This document shows positions 24,609-35,614 of a stretch of DNA of 64,000 bases, piece after piece; the stretch's first letter is position 1, and every line of letters begins with the position of its first letter. This stretch comes from Cyanidioschyzon merolae (Eukaryota): the NCBI GenBank assembly GCA_000091205.1, contig AP006495.2; one strand, given 5' to 3'. The translations under genes were made by a program, and so were the position numbers. The notes under the pieces are model-generated. The model had not been told where the DNA came from and searched no databases. It saw only the letters and a program-made list of their open reading frames with translations.

Positions 24609-27372
24609 CAAGATGAAAAGAAGCTGGATGTTTGCAACGTGCTAGGACGTAGAAACTGTGTGCGGCGCAACGGTAGCGCAAAGTTTGCGGAAACGAACGT
24701 GCACGCTATTTCGCGCCATGCTGCACCGTTTCCGGCGCTGCGCAGAAGCTGCGTTTCTGCGCAGTGTTTGCGTACGACCCGTTCATGGGGAGCACGACCT
24801 ATGCAGCACCTTGGCGCTTCACAGGGAGCTCGTCTTATGATGCTATACGTTTTGGTGATGCTTCTGAGTCAAGTTATGCATTCGAAATTGTCATAATGAG
24901 CCGCGTATGCGACAAGTGGATCGAGATATCGGCGTGGCGGGGTCTCCCAGAGAGGGCATTCGGGTGACTCCGCGGCCGCATGCGCGCCCGGAAAAGAAGC
25001 TGCTGGAAAACGCGCTTGATGATGAGAAACTCGGCTCTATATCAAAACTGCTACAGCTCTTCCTATCTCGTATCTTTGCCGTGCGCTGCTGCGTGCAGGT
25101 GAGTCTGCTCTGGGTCAGCAAAGCCAGTACGGAAACCTAGTCTAGAGAAACCGCATGACAATCTTGAACTAGGCTGAGAGCTGCGCTAGCTTTCGATAGG
25201 CTCAACGTCACTGGCGCTTTGCTGCTACAGTTTGCGCGAGATTCGGGCAAGGAACCAATACACCGTCGTATCGAAGCCATTTGAAGGATAATGTCATTAT
25301 GGTGCGATGCTCCCAGGTTCACGTTTGCGACATGGGGGGCTCCCGCTCCATTCTAAGCAGCTATAACGAGACTACGGGGGATGATTTACCATCAGTTCAC
25401 AATGACTGCTGCATCACCAGCAGTGGTTAATGAGAACGCCGCCCCGTTATGGTGTGGCAGTGCCTGAACCGTATACGGGAGCAAAGTCCTGCGCTCGTTC
25501 GCAACGTACAGACTGTACGCTTACGCATGCAGAACGCAGAGGATTCTGAGTAGCGAGGGTGATCTCCTTCAAGAACGTCGACAGCGATAGCACCTCCGTA
25601 CACCTGTGGAAGACCAAAAAACTGCGGATCGACTAACTCCGGCGTACAGCAGAGAGATTGAGTCCAGTCAAATCGCCATTAAAACCAGCCATTGTGGGAT
25701 GGTTCGGCAATCGCTTCCTTGTCGTTTCACCTGCCTCCCGCGTGAAATACGCTGGTCGCACCGTTCACTCCGGATGATTTTTCAGTGGGCGAAGGATATT
25801 GATGGCAGCATACAGGGTGCGATTTCGCTGCTTGCGACATATGTCAACGCTCTGCACACACGCACAGTCGCAAGAATCTTTGCGTTTCCTGCCATTCTCG
25901 TATTGTTCATATGCAGCACCAGTGCTAGCTTTCCAGCTTCGATATTTAGCTGTGGGCAGCTGTTCATATACACCCACCAAGCCTCATTCTCCGAGGGCCG
26001 ATCTGTTTCGCATGAACGTCTGCTTCATCGCTTGCGAAATTCCGTGGACGCGTACAGAAGGCTTGTGTTGATGCTGCTATCCTCCGTTTGCGTGCGCGGT
26101 GCGGTACTGTGCGCCCACGGACTTCCCTCTGAGCGATCCCTCGGCAAGTACGCTGCCCGCTTCACACGCACGCGTATGCTGTTGCACTCGATTGGGCATC
26201 TGGGAAGCACGATGTTTTTCATTATGAAGCAAGTACCGGACGGGAAATCCAGACCGGAGAGCAGCTCGACAAAATCTCGATTCGTCTACGCTCCCTACGT
26301 GCTAAGCGGTGACGCATTCCCCGAGTGACGCGATCATTAGGATCATTGATTTTCGAATCCAAGGCCCTTTTCCACGGAAACGAATCGGACGAGAGCTCCT
26401 GCGAGCATATCCCATGAGCGGTATCGTGCTGTTGCCGACTACTGTTCCATTGATGGCCTGAAAGAGACAAGGATTTGTCATTTACATCGGGTCGTTTAGT
26501 ATTCGACGTGAAAATTTCATTGAATAGTTGGCATGAGCTTGCGAGCAAGTCGTCAACAATCGAATTAGGGTATTTCCCTCGTCAATCCAGCGACACGTTT
26601 TGTCGCGCCCACGAGTTGCCTTGGAACAGAAAGATCCGAATGTTGAGACATGCGTGATTTCATCATGCACCCCGAAAGAAGAGGAGATTCGTGGAGGCTT
26701 GCACGCATGCATTGGATGTTGGTGCAAATCATCGCACCAAAACCGTGTTCGACGACTTTCCGAACCACTTTTATTCTGGGGCCATGGCAAACTCCAGCTG
26801 CAGGGAGACTCGAAGAAACGTCAGCGAGTAGTCCAACGAAGATCCTAAAACAAGATATGAATCGAGAACCTTTTTTGATTAACGTCGAATCTAAAGACTG
26901 GGCATGTCAGATATGCCCGGACAAAATCCTCAGGCAAAAACATATCGCCGAGCTTTGTGATCCGCTTGAATCCGAATCGGATGCAGGATCCACATGCACT
27001 GGATCCATCAGATCGCATCGGAGGCGCGTCGCTTTGCCAAATCTGGAGCTAAAGTCACGGTAGTATAGGACCGAACTGTATATAGCTGTACTATATGATT
27101 CATAATGGGTAAATCCTGGAAGTCTGCGAGAAACGTTTGCTCGTGGCGTTGCCGGCAACGCGTCCCAGATACCGTCCCAGAGCGGTGTCCGCGGTACGCT
27201 ACAAGTGCTGTTTGAATCGTGAGTTCTGCGTCAAGTCGTTTGGCAGCAGTGGCTTTTAAAAGGAGATAATCGTACTGCATGTTTCGAACCGATAAGCGCG
27301 ACGTTGACTAGTCGGAGGCACGAAGCGAAACACTATTGGTTCTGAGCATCCTGTTTCCGAGTCTCATCGTCA

Positions 27373-29733
27373 ATGAAGGTTCCAAACGGCTCGGACGGTA
27401 CACCCTCCGTGGAAAGCACGGAAAAGGTTTCCCTTACCGACGATGAAATCGTGCCGAACGAGCGCTCAAGGCCTACGAGCTCCCTGGATCTCAGCGCGAA
27501 CGGCCAGCCTCGCTACTCCATCCAGAAGTTGCGAGAGCCACCAAACGTTTTCCATACGCTTGGCGCGTCTCTACTCGGAAGCACCGGGCGACAACTTGAA
27601 AACGGTAGTGATAGAGGAGACCACATTCCAAGCCGCCAACGTTTTCAACAACGAGACCAAGGCCGCCTTGGGGCGTGTCCTATGCAGCCTCGGTTCGACT
27701 GGAAACGTCTCGGTCGCTCGCTCGCTACTATCGGACGCCAATTACCACATGTGTGCTCCAAGTTAATCACAGACTTTGGTACGTGGCTGCTCGACTCATT
27801 TTCGGACCTAGTGCGTCGATCTTCGGCATTTGTACGCCGCTACTGGGTTGCGCTGTTGCTACTGGCGCTTGCAGGCGTCGGGCTCGCTCTACTGGGCAGA
27901 CTCGTTTTTGAACCGCTTTCTTGGAAGGGTTGGTTTACCTTCGCTGTCCTACTCCTGCTGCTTGCTTCACTCATTTGTAGCTGGCTACCAACGGAGGTTT
28001 CGTTTGCGTATGCGGTTGTCACCCTCATGGCCTTTTTCGTGATCTCGCCAGCCGAAGGCCTGATCGGCTTCTCTAACACCGGTGTTGCCGCCGTCGCTGT
28101 CTACTTCATGGTAGCGGAGGGTGTTTACAGAACTTCTGCTCTGCGCACGATCTTTCGAATACTATTGGGACGCCCATCTTCGCTTTTGATGGCACAGGTA
28201 CGCACATGTCTGCCAGCCGCAGTCGTGTCAGCTTTCTTGCACAATACACCTACGATGGTGATGATGATTCCCGGGGTTCAGCGATGGGCGCGTTTTAACG
28301 GCCTCTCTGGAGCGAAAATTCTCATGCCTCTGAACGATGCTGCTGTCCTTGGTGGCTCGACAACCATCATCGGCTCGTCGGTGAACCTCGTAGTGCTTGG
28401 TCTCGTCCAGCAGACGAACGTGCTGGACCCAGCCACGAACCATGTCGTCCAGTTTGGGATCTTTAGCATCACCAAGTTGGCAATCATCAATCTGGCAGCC
28501 TGCCTCGTGTTTATTTTCGTGTTCAGCGGCATGCTGCTCAAGGATCGTGAAAACGTCGTGGAGGACGTAGTTGAGCACCCGCGCGAGTACACAGTCGCTG
28601 TTATGGTTCGCGAAGGATCACCGATTGTTGGTCTAACAATCCAGGAGGCAGGCTTACGCGCCCTCAAGGGTCTCTTCTTGGTAGAGCTGTCACGAAAGAA
28701 CGGTAACTTGATCGCTGCCCCGGGCCCGGATACGGTGATTCAGGCGCAGGACGTTTTGCTCTTCGCTGGTCGCTTGGAAACCGTCGCCGAGCTCTACTTA
28801 ATCGACGGGATCATACCAGCATCGACGCATACTCGCAAACTCTCGGTGCAGATGCACCGGCGCAGACTCTACGAAGTCGTTGTTTCGCCGTTCAGCTCCC
28901 TGGTGGGCCACACCATCCGGGAGACCAACTTTCGGCGCAAGTACCATGCTGCAATCATTGCCGTTCATCGTGGCGGCGCCATTGTGCGGGAGAAAATCGG
29001 TGATATTCAGATTCTCGGTGGAGAGACCTTCATCGTTGAAGCGAGCGAAGATTTCGGTGAACGCTACGCTCGAGACTCCGACTTCAGCCTCGTAAGTGAG
29101 GTGAGTGGCACTGAGCGGCCCCGGGAGGATCTCCCTCATATGCTCGCAGCGGGTCTCTTTGTCGTGCTGATGATCGCTTTTGCAACCACGGGATTCATGT
29201 CGATTTTCGTGAGTGCGAGTCTCGCCACCATAGGGATGCTCATTACGGGGTGTATGACTTTTCGGCAAGCGGGCGCCTCCGTGCAATTGCCGATTCTGCT
29301 CACCATAGGTGCGGCCTTTGGTATCAGTGAAGCGATGCAGGTTTCGGGGGTAGCCGCCCAGCTTTCGCTGCTTATTGTGAAGATCCTGCGCCCGTTGGGG
29401 TCGATTGGAATCCTCTTTGGCATCTACGTCATCACTGCATTGCTGACGAATGCCATTACGAGCATTGGAGCAGTGACGTTGACGTTTGCGATCGTGGCAA
29501 GTAAGGGCACAGGGATTATCTACCTGACGCAGGTGAACGTGTATGCGGCGCTCTATACGATGATGGTCGCAGGAAACTGCTCCTTCATGTTGCACACTGG
29601 CCACCAAACGAATCTCATGGTGCACGGCGCCGCGAATTACCGCGTCTCCGACTGGTTGAAACTCGGCGTGCCTCTTCAGCTCGTGAGCTGTATTGTGACG
29701 GTGGTGGCTGCCAACTTTCTGTACCGGTCCTAG
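27373..29733 (+). CDS. Ion-transporter-superfamily anion permease (CitMHS/DASS-like, YfbS-type) with two central TrkA-C (RCK_C) domains
   Basis: Transmembrane helices at both ends, with FLHNTPTMVMMIPGV and GSSVNLVVLG permease-type motifs. Two cytoplasmic TrkA-C-like units lie between them (YTVAVMVREGSPIVGLTIQEAGLRALKGLFLVEL...; LYEVVVSPFSSLVGHTIRETNFRRKYHAAIIAVHRGG...). The ATG start is confirmed. Confidence 0.65.
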   Translation: MKVPNGSDGTPSVESTEKVSLTDDEIVPNERSRPTSSLDLSANGQPRYSIQKLREPPNVFHTLGASLLGSTGRQLENGSDRGDHIPSRQRFQQRDQGRLGACPMQPRFDWKRLGRSLATIGRQLPHVCSKLITDFGTWLLDSFSDLVRRSSAFVRRYWVALLLLALAGVGLALLGRLVFEPLSWKGWFTFAVLLLLLASLICSWLPTEVSFAYAVVTLMAFFVISPAEGLIGFSNTGVAAVAVYFMVAEGVYRTSALRTIFRILLGRPSSLLMAQVRTCLPAAVVSAFLHNTPTMVMMIPGVQRWARFNGLSGAKILMPLNDAAVLGGSTTIIGSSVNLVVLGLVQQTNVLDPATNHVVQFGIFSITKLAIINLAACLVFIFVFSGMLLKDRENVVEDVVEHPREYTVAVMVREGSPIVGLTIQEAGLRALKGLFLVELSRKNGNLIAAPGPDTVIQAQDVLLFAGRLETVAELYLIDGIIPASTHTRKLSVQMHRRRLYEVVVSPFSSLVGHTIRETNFRRKYHAAIIAVHRGGAIVREKIGDIQILGGETFIVEASEDFGERYARDSDFSLVSEVSGTERPREDLPHMLAAGLFVVLMIAFATTGFMSIFVSASLATIGMLITGCMTFRQAGASVQLPILLTIGAAFGISEAMQVSGVAAQLSLLIVKILRPLGSIGILFGIYVITALLTNAITSIGAVTLTFAIVASKGTGIIYLTQVNVYAALYTMMVAGNCSFMLHTGHQTNLMVHGAANYRVSDWLKLGVPLQLVSCIVTVVAANFLYRS

Positions 29734-31052
29734 CACATGTCGCGGATGTGTTTTCGACGCAAAACAGTGGATGGTGATCTGCACTGGAAAACGCTTTGGC
29801 GATGACGTCGCTCATATTCGACCTAGAGTCATGATCTGATCGGGTTTGTCCAAGTACCTGCGTGGCCCGCACCTGATGTGTAGGATTCCGAGTCCGGAAC
29901 GATGTCGAGTGCATCGAAAGAGAAAAAGATGCGTTTCGGTGCCGTTTTCTTGTGATTCGACAGCGTTGGCGCTCAAGTGACGGCTGTCGTGGATGTGCAA
30001 GCTGTTCCGCTCTCCTGCAGGCGGTGTCAACTCCAGGTATCTGCTTCTAGTCTATCAAGTCAGTTTTGTCTCGCCCTCGCTGCGGATGATAGCATGAGAA
30101 CGAATTCACGATGTAATGTGTTTTATAGACCGTCCATCATTTGCCCAGAGGATATAGATTCCTCACTTAACGGTACAAGGAGGAATGCATTCGTCCTTTA
30201 GTTCAGTCATACCACGGTACTCTGATGGTTGAGGAGCACTGAACGGAAGACGTAGATGTGCTCTGCGTCAAAAAATGGTATTATCGAAGCTTGCCTGCGG
30301 CCAATGATGGAAAATGACTGGCGAATCCCTACCGGCAAGCGAAAGCGACGATGGTAGCCGCCATAGGCGTCCTTGTTTCTCAACAGCTTGTTCTTTTGGT
30401 CCTGAAAGCACGGGCATCCAGTTGCAAAAAAGAGTCCTATTTCAATCACGGCCATCTTCCACGGAAATAGCGGTGACAGCGTTCCTGTAACGTTGCGATC
30501 CGGATGAAACACAGGGACGTAGGTTTTTGTTTCCAGTCGATGAGAATTTCTTCGGGTGCAACGGTCGGAGTGCGTACGGGTATTCGCGGTGAAGCGAGCC
30601 CGTTGTATGTGAGATCGAACGTGAAGAGATCGACGACACCATCTGTTCTCGACGTGGTAAATTCATTTGACGGCCTCAGTTTGGCTCGTAGAGAAGGCTC
30701 ATCGAATAGCAACAACCACTTTGTCGAATCATTGAAGACTTTTGTCTGACGTCTGACGACGTCTTTCTTTTGGACAAAGTGGTATTCCACCATTCTCCTT
30801 GTGTTCGAGCTTTTGCGAATTCTATGTGGATAGAGCTGCTTTTCATACTTCTGTACGCTCCATGGTTGAATTCCGTTTTAGGATTCATTTCTATTGTGAA
30901 ATATAATGATCGCTCCACTGGGCGGATCGCTGATGCTCTCAGCACACGGTGACACACTGGAAGCATATTTCGCCTTTCTTGCGCAAGTGCTTCTCCCTCC
31001 GGGCAGGTTTCCACGCAAGGGCGTAAAGAAGTAGGTTCATTTTAAAAAAATA

Positions 31053-31628
31053 ATGGATGAATTCGAATGCGCATTTCACAGGGTCGAGACTGAGAGAGCG
31101 AGAAGACAGCAGAGCGCACCGGCGATAGAAACGCACGGAGAGATGACAGAGCACCAAATGATGTCGAGGGCGCGAGTTCGGGCAATTCTTACATTGATGA
31201 GTTCCACCAGCGGGAATAAATGCATAGAGTTCGCGAACCCAGACTTCAATGCCGCCATCAACATCAGACAATATCTGGTGTTGAAGACGAGACCCAGGGA
31301 GCTGACGCGATGTAGCTCTGTGGGGCAGCCTCTCAGGGTCGTACTGCGTCCGAATGAAAAAAGAAATCGATATCAGGAGCTCCGTCAAAATAGACCCGAA
31401 CGCGTCTGCGGGAGAGTATTAATTTACCCCAGAAAGAACAGAAACTATGTCGCTCAACAGAACAAGCGCGCGTCGAGTGGAACAGCGTTATCGCAACGCG
31501 GGAGTCGCAACACTACCATTTCCGTGCATTCGCGTGTCGGAGCACCGTTCGAGTCATATATTCTTGTGGTTTCGCTCGCGCTAGGTGTGAGTCATGAGGT
31601 CCTGCAGTCAGTTAGACTGAGGACTTGA
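31053..31628 (+). pseudogene. Truncated C-terminal fragment of a Fanzor1/TnpB-like RuvC nuclease (RuvC-II remnant to RuvC-III)
   Basis: MDEFECAF (degenerate vDEfrTSk.C) ... CIEFANPDFNAAINIRQYLVLKTRPRELTR matches the RDxNAAxNI RuvC-III signature. It is paralogous to 35615-35893(-), ...VGFVNRDFNAAIIIRRCAVMENRPPKLTR. There is no upstream N-terminal half and no CxxC zinc finger. Confidence 0.5.
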
Positions 31629-31749
31629 GCGCTCCTTCTTGTGCCCTGGTGACCATAGTTATCACGGGGAGTCGCAGAACCAAAAGCACCAGCAGACTCG
31701 GCGAGTTCGAGGTAAGCGTTTCAAGCTCACAACTCCTGTTGCAGTCGGT

Positions 31750-33375
31750 ATGGACGCCCGGTTCGTTACAGACAGCGATCGTTTACAACCTGTGCGGAAG
31801 CGAGTCTATCGAATTCGCCTCTCTGAAGGGGAACAACTCTGTCTCTGTGGAAAGTACAGCGTTACCATTGCTGGCGCTCAAGGTCCCCTGCGGCAGCGTT
31901 TGTTCTTTAACAGTGCAGAGACAGCACTGAGCATTTGGCAGGACCCGGTGCCTGTCGATGCACCTGCCTGGCAAAGTGCACCGGTCTGGCGGGTGCAACA
32001 GGGGCAACTCGTACTTCTCATCACGGATCGTAGCCGCGGTTCCTATCCGTGGCCTATTCGTCTATCAGCGCCAGCAGAAAACAGCCAGCATTTGACCCCG
32101 AAGTCACTCGTTGCTCGTTACACCGCACCGCCGCTGCACTTTTCCGGGCTAGAGAACCTTGTTGCAGCACTACCAGGGGAGCAAGCTCCTGTTGTGCTGG
32201 TTGCTGGACCCCGCCATACCGGCAAATCAACACTCGTATCGCAGTTGAGTTTCATGGGCTGGCCCTATCACCCGCAGCCGCTCATTCTGGAACTCGATTT
32301 AGGTCAGAATTATTTCTTAGCTCCTGGGTACGTCTCTTTCCATGAAGTTCGCGACTTGGCGTGGCCGATATGGAGGGCATCGACTGCGTGCCTCGAGAGC
32401 GTCTTCTGCGGGAACGTCACACCATTCGCGGATCCGGCGTTGTATCGACAGGCGGTGCAGCGATTGTGGAGCGCTTGCGAAGCTTGGCGCGGGAAACGAC
32501 TGGTGCTCGTGAACACAATGGGTTGGGTTCGTGGCTATGGCGAAGTGCTACTCGGCTCCGTGCTGGACACGATTCGCCCCGACCTTATCGTTTGGGTCAG
32601 CGAAGGAACCGATGCGCAACACGCTGGTGGCGAAGCAGAAATAGAAGCATTCGGTACCACTGCCGGGTCACGTGTTCAGGTGCTACACGTCCAGCGAGCC
32701 CCGAGTTCGGCTCACAAGCAGCGATCGCTGTTACCAGCAGTTGCGCGTGCGTCCCAACTCATCCATGAACTTGTGCAGCAGTGTGAAGATGGATTACCAC
32801 GCGGAATCATTGCGGATCAGTTCCGGTGGTTTTTATGGCAGAATCAACCGGCATACCCGATTGTTCAGTTGCTTTGCAGCATCACACCGTGGTGCGTGCC
32901 CCTGGAGTTCTTTGCGGCAGTATTCATGATCGAGCCGTGCGGGATGCATCGTCTCCAGCCTGGCCATGATTCGGAGCGATTATACAGCATGCTGAACGCC
33001 AGTGTCGTCGCATTGTGTGTTACTGTGATCGATAAGGAGGAACCGACGGAGGAGATATCGTTGCAGGCGCCGCAGCGATGGCTCCTGCGCTCCCCTGGTC
33101 TGGGGCTCGTGCGATCGATTGACCCACAAAATGGTCTTCTCTACATCGTGACGAGCGTACCCCTCAGCGTCCTAGAAAGCACGGTTGCTCTCGCGATGAG
33201 CCCCGAGGTGCAGCTTCCCGCAGCAGCTCTGCAACTCGGAGGCATGGAAGCGGAACCGTTTCTGGGTCTGGGGTGCACCGGAACCGCTGAGGATACGGCT
33301 TCTGATGCTGTGGTAACTTCACGGAAGAATCTTCTCCGCAGACGCCTGATGAAAGCGAAGGTGTCGCCTTCATGA
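31750..33375 (+). CDS. Clp1/Grc3(NOL9)-family polynucleotide 5'-hydroxyl kinase
   Basis: P-loop VVLVAGPRHTGKSTLVSQL. The following ELDLGQ and LVNTMGWVRGYGEVLLGSVLDTIRPDLIVWV blocks match Clp1 ELDVGQ...INTCGWVKGSGY...VDVVVVL. The track start at 31639 is TTG; the first ATG (MDARFVTDS) is at about 31750. Confidence 0.6.
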   Translation: MDARFVTDSDRLQPVRKRVYRIRLSEGEQLCLCGKYSVTIAGAQGPLRQRLFFNSAETALSIWQDPVPVDAPAWQSAPVWRVQQGQLVLLITDRSRGSYPWPIRLSAPAENSQHLTPKSLVARYTAPPLHFSGLENLVAALPGEQAPVVLVAGPRHTGKSTLVSQLSFMGWPYHPQPLILELDLGQNYFLAPGYVSFHEVRDLAWPIWRASTACLESVFCGNVTPFADPALYRQAVQRLWSACEAWRGKRLVLVNTMGWVRGYGEVLLGSVLDTIRPDLIVWVSEGTDAQHAGGEAEIEAFGTTAGSRVQVLHVQRAPSSAHKQRSLLPAVARASQLIHELVQQCEDGLPRGIIADQFRWFLWQNQPAYPIVQLLCSITPWCVPLEFFAAVFMIEPCGMHRLQPGHDSERLYSMLNASVVALCVTVIDKEEPTEEISLQAPQRWLLRSPGLGLVRSIDPQNGLLYIVTSVPLSVLESTVALAMSPEVQLPAAALQLGGMEAEPFLGLGCTGTAEDTASDAVVTSRKNLLRRRLMKAKVSPS

Positions 33376-33977
33376 GACGTCTACAGATCCCAGCACGCGA
33401 ATACTTCGTGTCCCAGTCGCACGCGCTGACCCTCGCGCGCAGCTAAGACTTGCCTCGTCGCAAGTGCAGGGTACCGTAAAGCGTTGCGTGATTCCCGTCG
33501 CAGCTCGAATGCTGCCGGACGTGCTCAGAAGCATATTGTAGAACAGGTCGTGTTCTGGTCCAGGTGCTGCGGTTGCTTCGTCGATGCCCGGAGAACGGAA
33601 GCGCTCCTGGCAACGCGTGCCTCGTTGGGCATCAGCAAACATCAGGGAAACCTCGTGCGCGCGCTCGCGTTATTACCAAGGCGCATTGCCGCTATGCACG
33701 ACTCGGATAGAGGTGGAACCGATGAAGTGGACCCATCATCATCCAGCGACGGCAATTGTTCCATGAACGGAATCGAGGTACGGACACGGTAGATCTATTT
33801 GCGTATGCGCGGTATCGCTGATGAACGAAACCTCGCACAGTGGACGCGTCTGGTACCCATACGTTCGCTCGGAATTCAAGCCACGTTGTTTGCATGTCCA
33901 AGCGTGGTTTCTGCATGAGTGCGGACTCTGCCCCCCAGGTATTCGCGAATACTGTGGTACCGACCAGTGCGGAGCCA

Positions 33978-34276
33978 TTTTTTTCATGGACAAAACGTTT
34001 ACTTAGGCCAGCGTTCTCCGATTATGCGCTTTTTTCTTTTCTTGCTTTTTTTTGTGTTTTTTCAGTGCACGGTGAGGTATCCATCAAACCCCCTACCTCC
34101 AAGTTACATGACCCATACTTCGTCTCGGATATTCTGGTCGTTTCATACGTCTTATCGTGTGTGCCTAGTGCCTGCCGAAAGCGGCGACAGCAATAGCGCC
34201 TGTAGCGCCGGTGCGGTCGCTGCACGGAGACAGAACGGCGTTGCCGTACCACACACAGAGGGCGTCGGCTCGAGGC
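33978..34276 (+). repeat. Left copy of an approximately 300-bp direct repeat (about 75% identical to 38083-38373)
   Basis: Shared blocks include acgtttacttaggccagcg, a T-run, gtatccatcaaacccc, tccaagtt, catacgt...tatcgtgtg, cgttgccgtaccaca and ggctcgaggc. Confidence 0.7.
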
Positions 34277-34411
34277 AGTGCGGGGCAATGCCAGCGCAAG
34301 GCGGTGCCGATTTGCATGGCTCCTGACGCTAGACAACCGGAGCGCTGTTGCGGTCCGAGCAGCAGCACAACGCGGCCTTCACATATCAAGAGACCTATGA
34401 GGCAGCTGTTT

Positions 34412-35491
34412 TCAGGGGTTCAAATCATCTTGAATAATCTCGTCACCAAGGCCTTGCAGGCTCTCATCCTGATTCGTCACTAATCGCTTGAGTTCCAGGA
34501 AGCGCTGGCATTTGAACATAAGCGCAGGCGTCATCATGTCAAGCGCTGCGCCCCGTCCACTTCGACGTTGAGACTCCCCCAAAGTCACCGCTTCAATATC
34601 AGATGCTCGGGGACGTCTGCCCATTCGCGTATAGAAGCCATCGCTCCAGAGTTTGAGGTCCATAGCGAGTGCCGTGAACTGCCGTTTCAGCCGATCGAAG
34701 GCGTTCTCTTCTGAGGTGTCACTGTTAGTGCGGGCCTCGGTGCCTGCACGGTCTCCTCTTCGCTTTACCCAATGGCGGAGCATCGCTCGCCGAATCTTTT
34801 CTCGGGTCGCCTCAGAATGCTTCTTGCCGCGATTCCAGGCCGGTTTTCCCGACAAGGCCTGACGCATTCGTGCTCGAAACGCCGGATCTTGCCAACGTTT
34901 AGATAGGGATGCAGCTTGCTTTGCGATCGTCCCGTTCGACCGCCTGTTCTGCAAAAGCCGAGCGCGCAGCAGTGGGTCCGTCCAGCGTAATCGCATCGTC
35001 TCTGCACGGGTGCTGCTCGGCGTTCGTTTGCGTGCAGGTGGTGCCGTCGGGGACTTCGATTCCGGGTCAAGCGGCTCTGGTTCTGTGCACGCGGTTACTG
35101 CTGCAGCTGTTGGAGTAGACCGCCTAGCGTTCACAGCTTGTCGCTTCTCGTTCACGTCGTCAGGCACTGGAAAAAGCTGCCCAGAGAATACCACCCCAGT
35201 CGATTTACAGTACGTTTCAGGTGTCAGTGCCGTTGTGGCTGTGCCCACTACGTTTGCTAGGATATTGTGTGCAATTCGCGAGCTCCTGAAACCGAGGCTC
35301 TGTAAACTCGAGAGAGCTTCGTTCGCGTGTGGCACCCAACGCTGACCCTTTTGCAGCCCAAGGGTCAGGGCGGACGTCACGTCACGCGTTGTGTGTAACT
35401 TGCAGCGCAGGGGAACCGCTTTACGACCGCAGCGCTCCATTTTGCAATTGCTGAAAGCAGAACAAATGAACATCACCGCAAAGGCACACAA
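34412..35491 (-). CDS. Protein with tandem NUMOD3-type DNA-binding motifs (homing-endonuclease-associated module); function unknown
   Basis: Repeats RWTDPLLRARLLQ, RWQDPAFRARMRQALSGKPAWNRGKKHSEATREKIRRAM match the NUMOD3 consensus G.kHSeETk.KIs. The protein is basic and S/T/P-rich. I could not recognise a GIY-YIG or other catalytic core. Confidence 0.4.
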   Translation of the reverse strand: MCAFAVMFICSAFSNCKMERCGRKAVPLRCKLHTTRDVTSALTLGLQKGQRWVPHANEALSSLQSLGFRSSRIAHNILANVVGTATTALTPETYCKSTGVVFSGQLFPVPDDVNEKRQAVNARRSTPTAAAVTACTEPEPLDPESKSPTAPPARKRTPSSTRAETMRLRWTDPLLRARLLQNRRSNGTIAKQAASLSKRWQDPAFRARMRQALSGKPAWNRGKKHSEATREKIRRAMLRHWVKRRGDRAGTEARTNSDTSEENAFDRLKRQFTALAMDLKLWSDGFYTRMGRRPRASDIEAVTLGESQRRSGRGAALDMMTPALMFKCQRFLELKRLVTNQDESLQGLGDEIIQDDLNP

Positions 35492-35614
35492 AACGCCGTT
35501 CTAAACTCGAACGACGCCGACCGTCTACAGTAGTGGCGAGAAGCCCGCCCTTGACAAGAAATCTCCAACTGACGTGCGGACGCCTCCTGGTCTTGTTCGA
35601 CCGGCCACCTACTA

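Noticed and set aside
31639-31750. An N-terminal extension of the Clp1-like protein, starting at the track's first codon.
   Set aside because: The first codon is TTG and the 37 residues it adds are non-conserved. They overlap the Fanzor-fragment 3' flank, and the first ATG gives a protein that begins close to the conserved kinase core.
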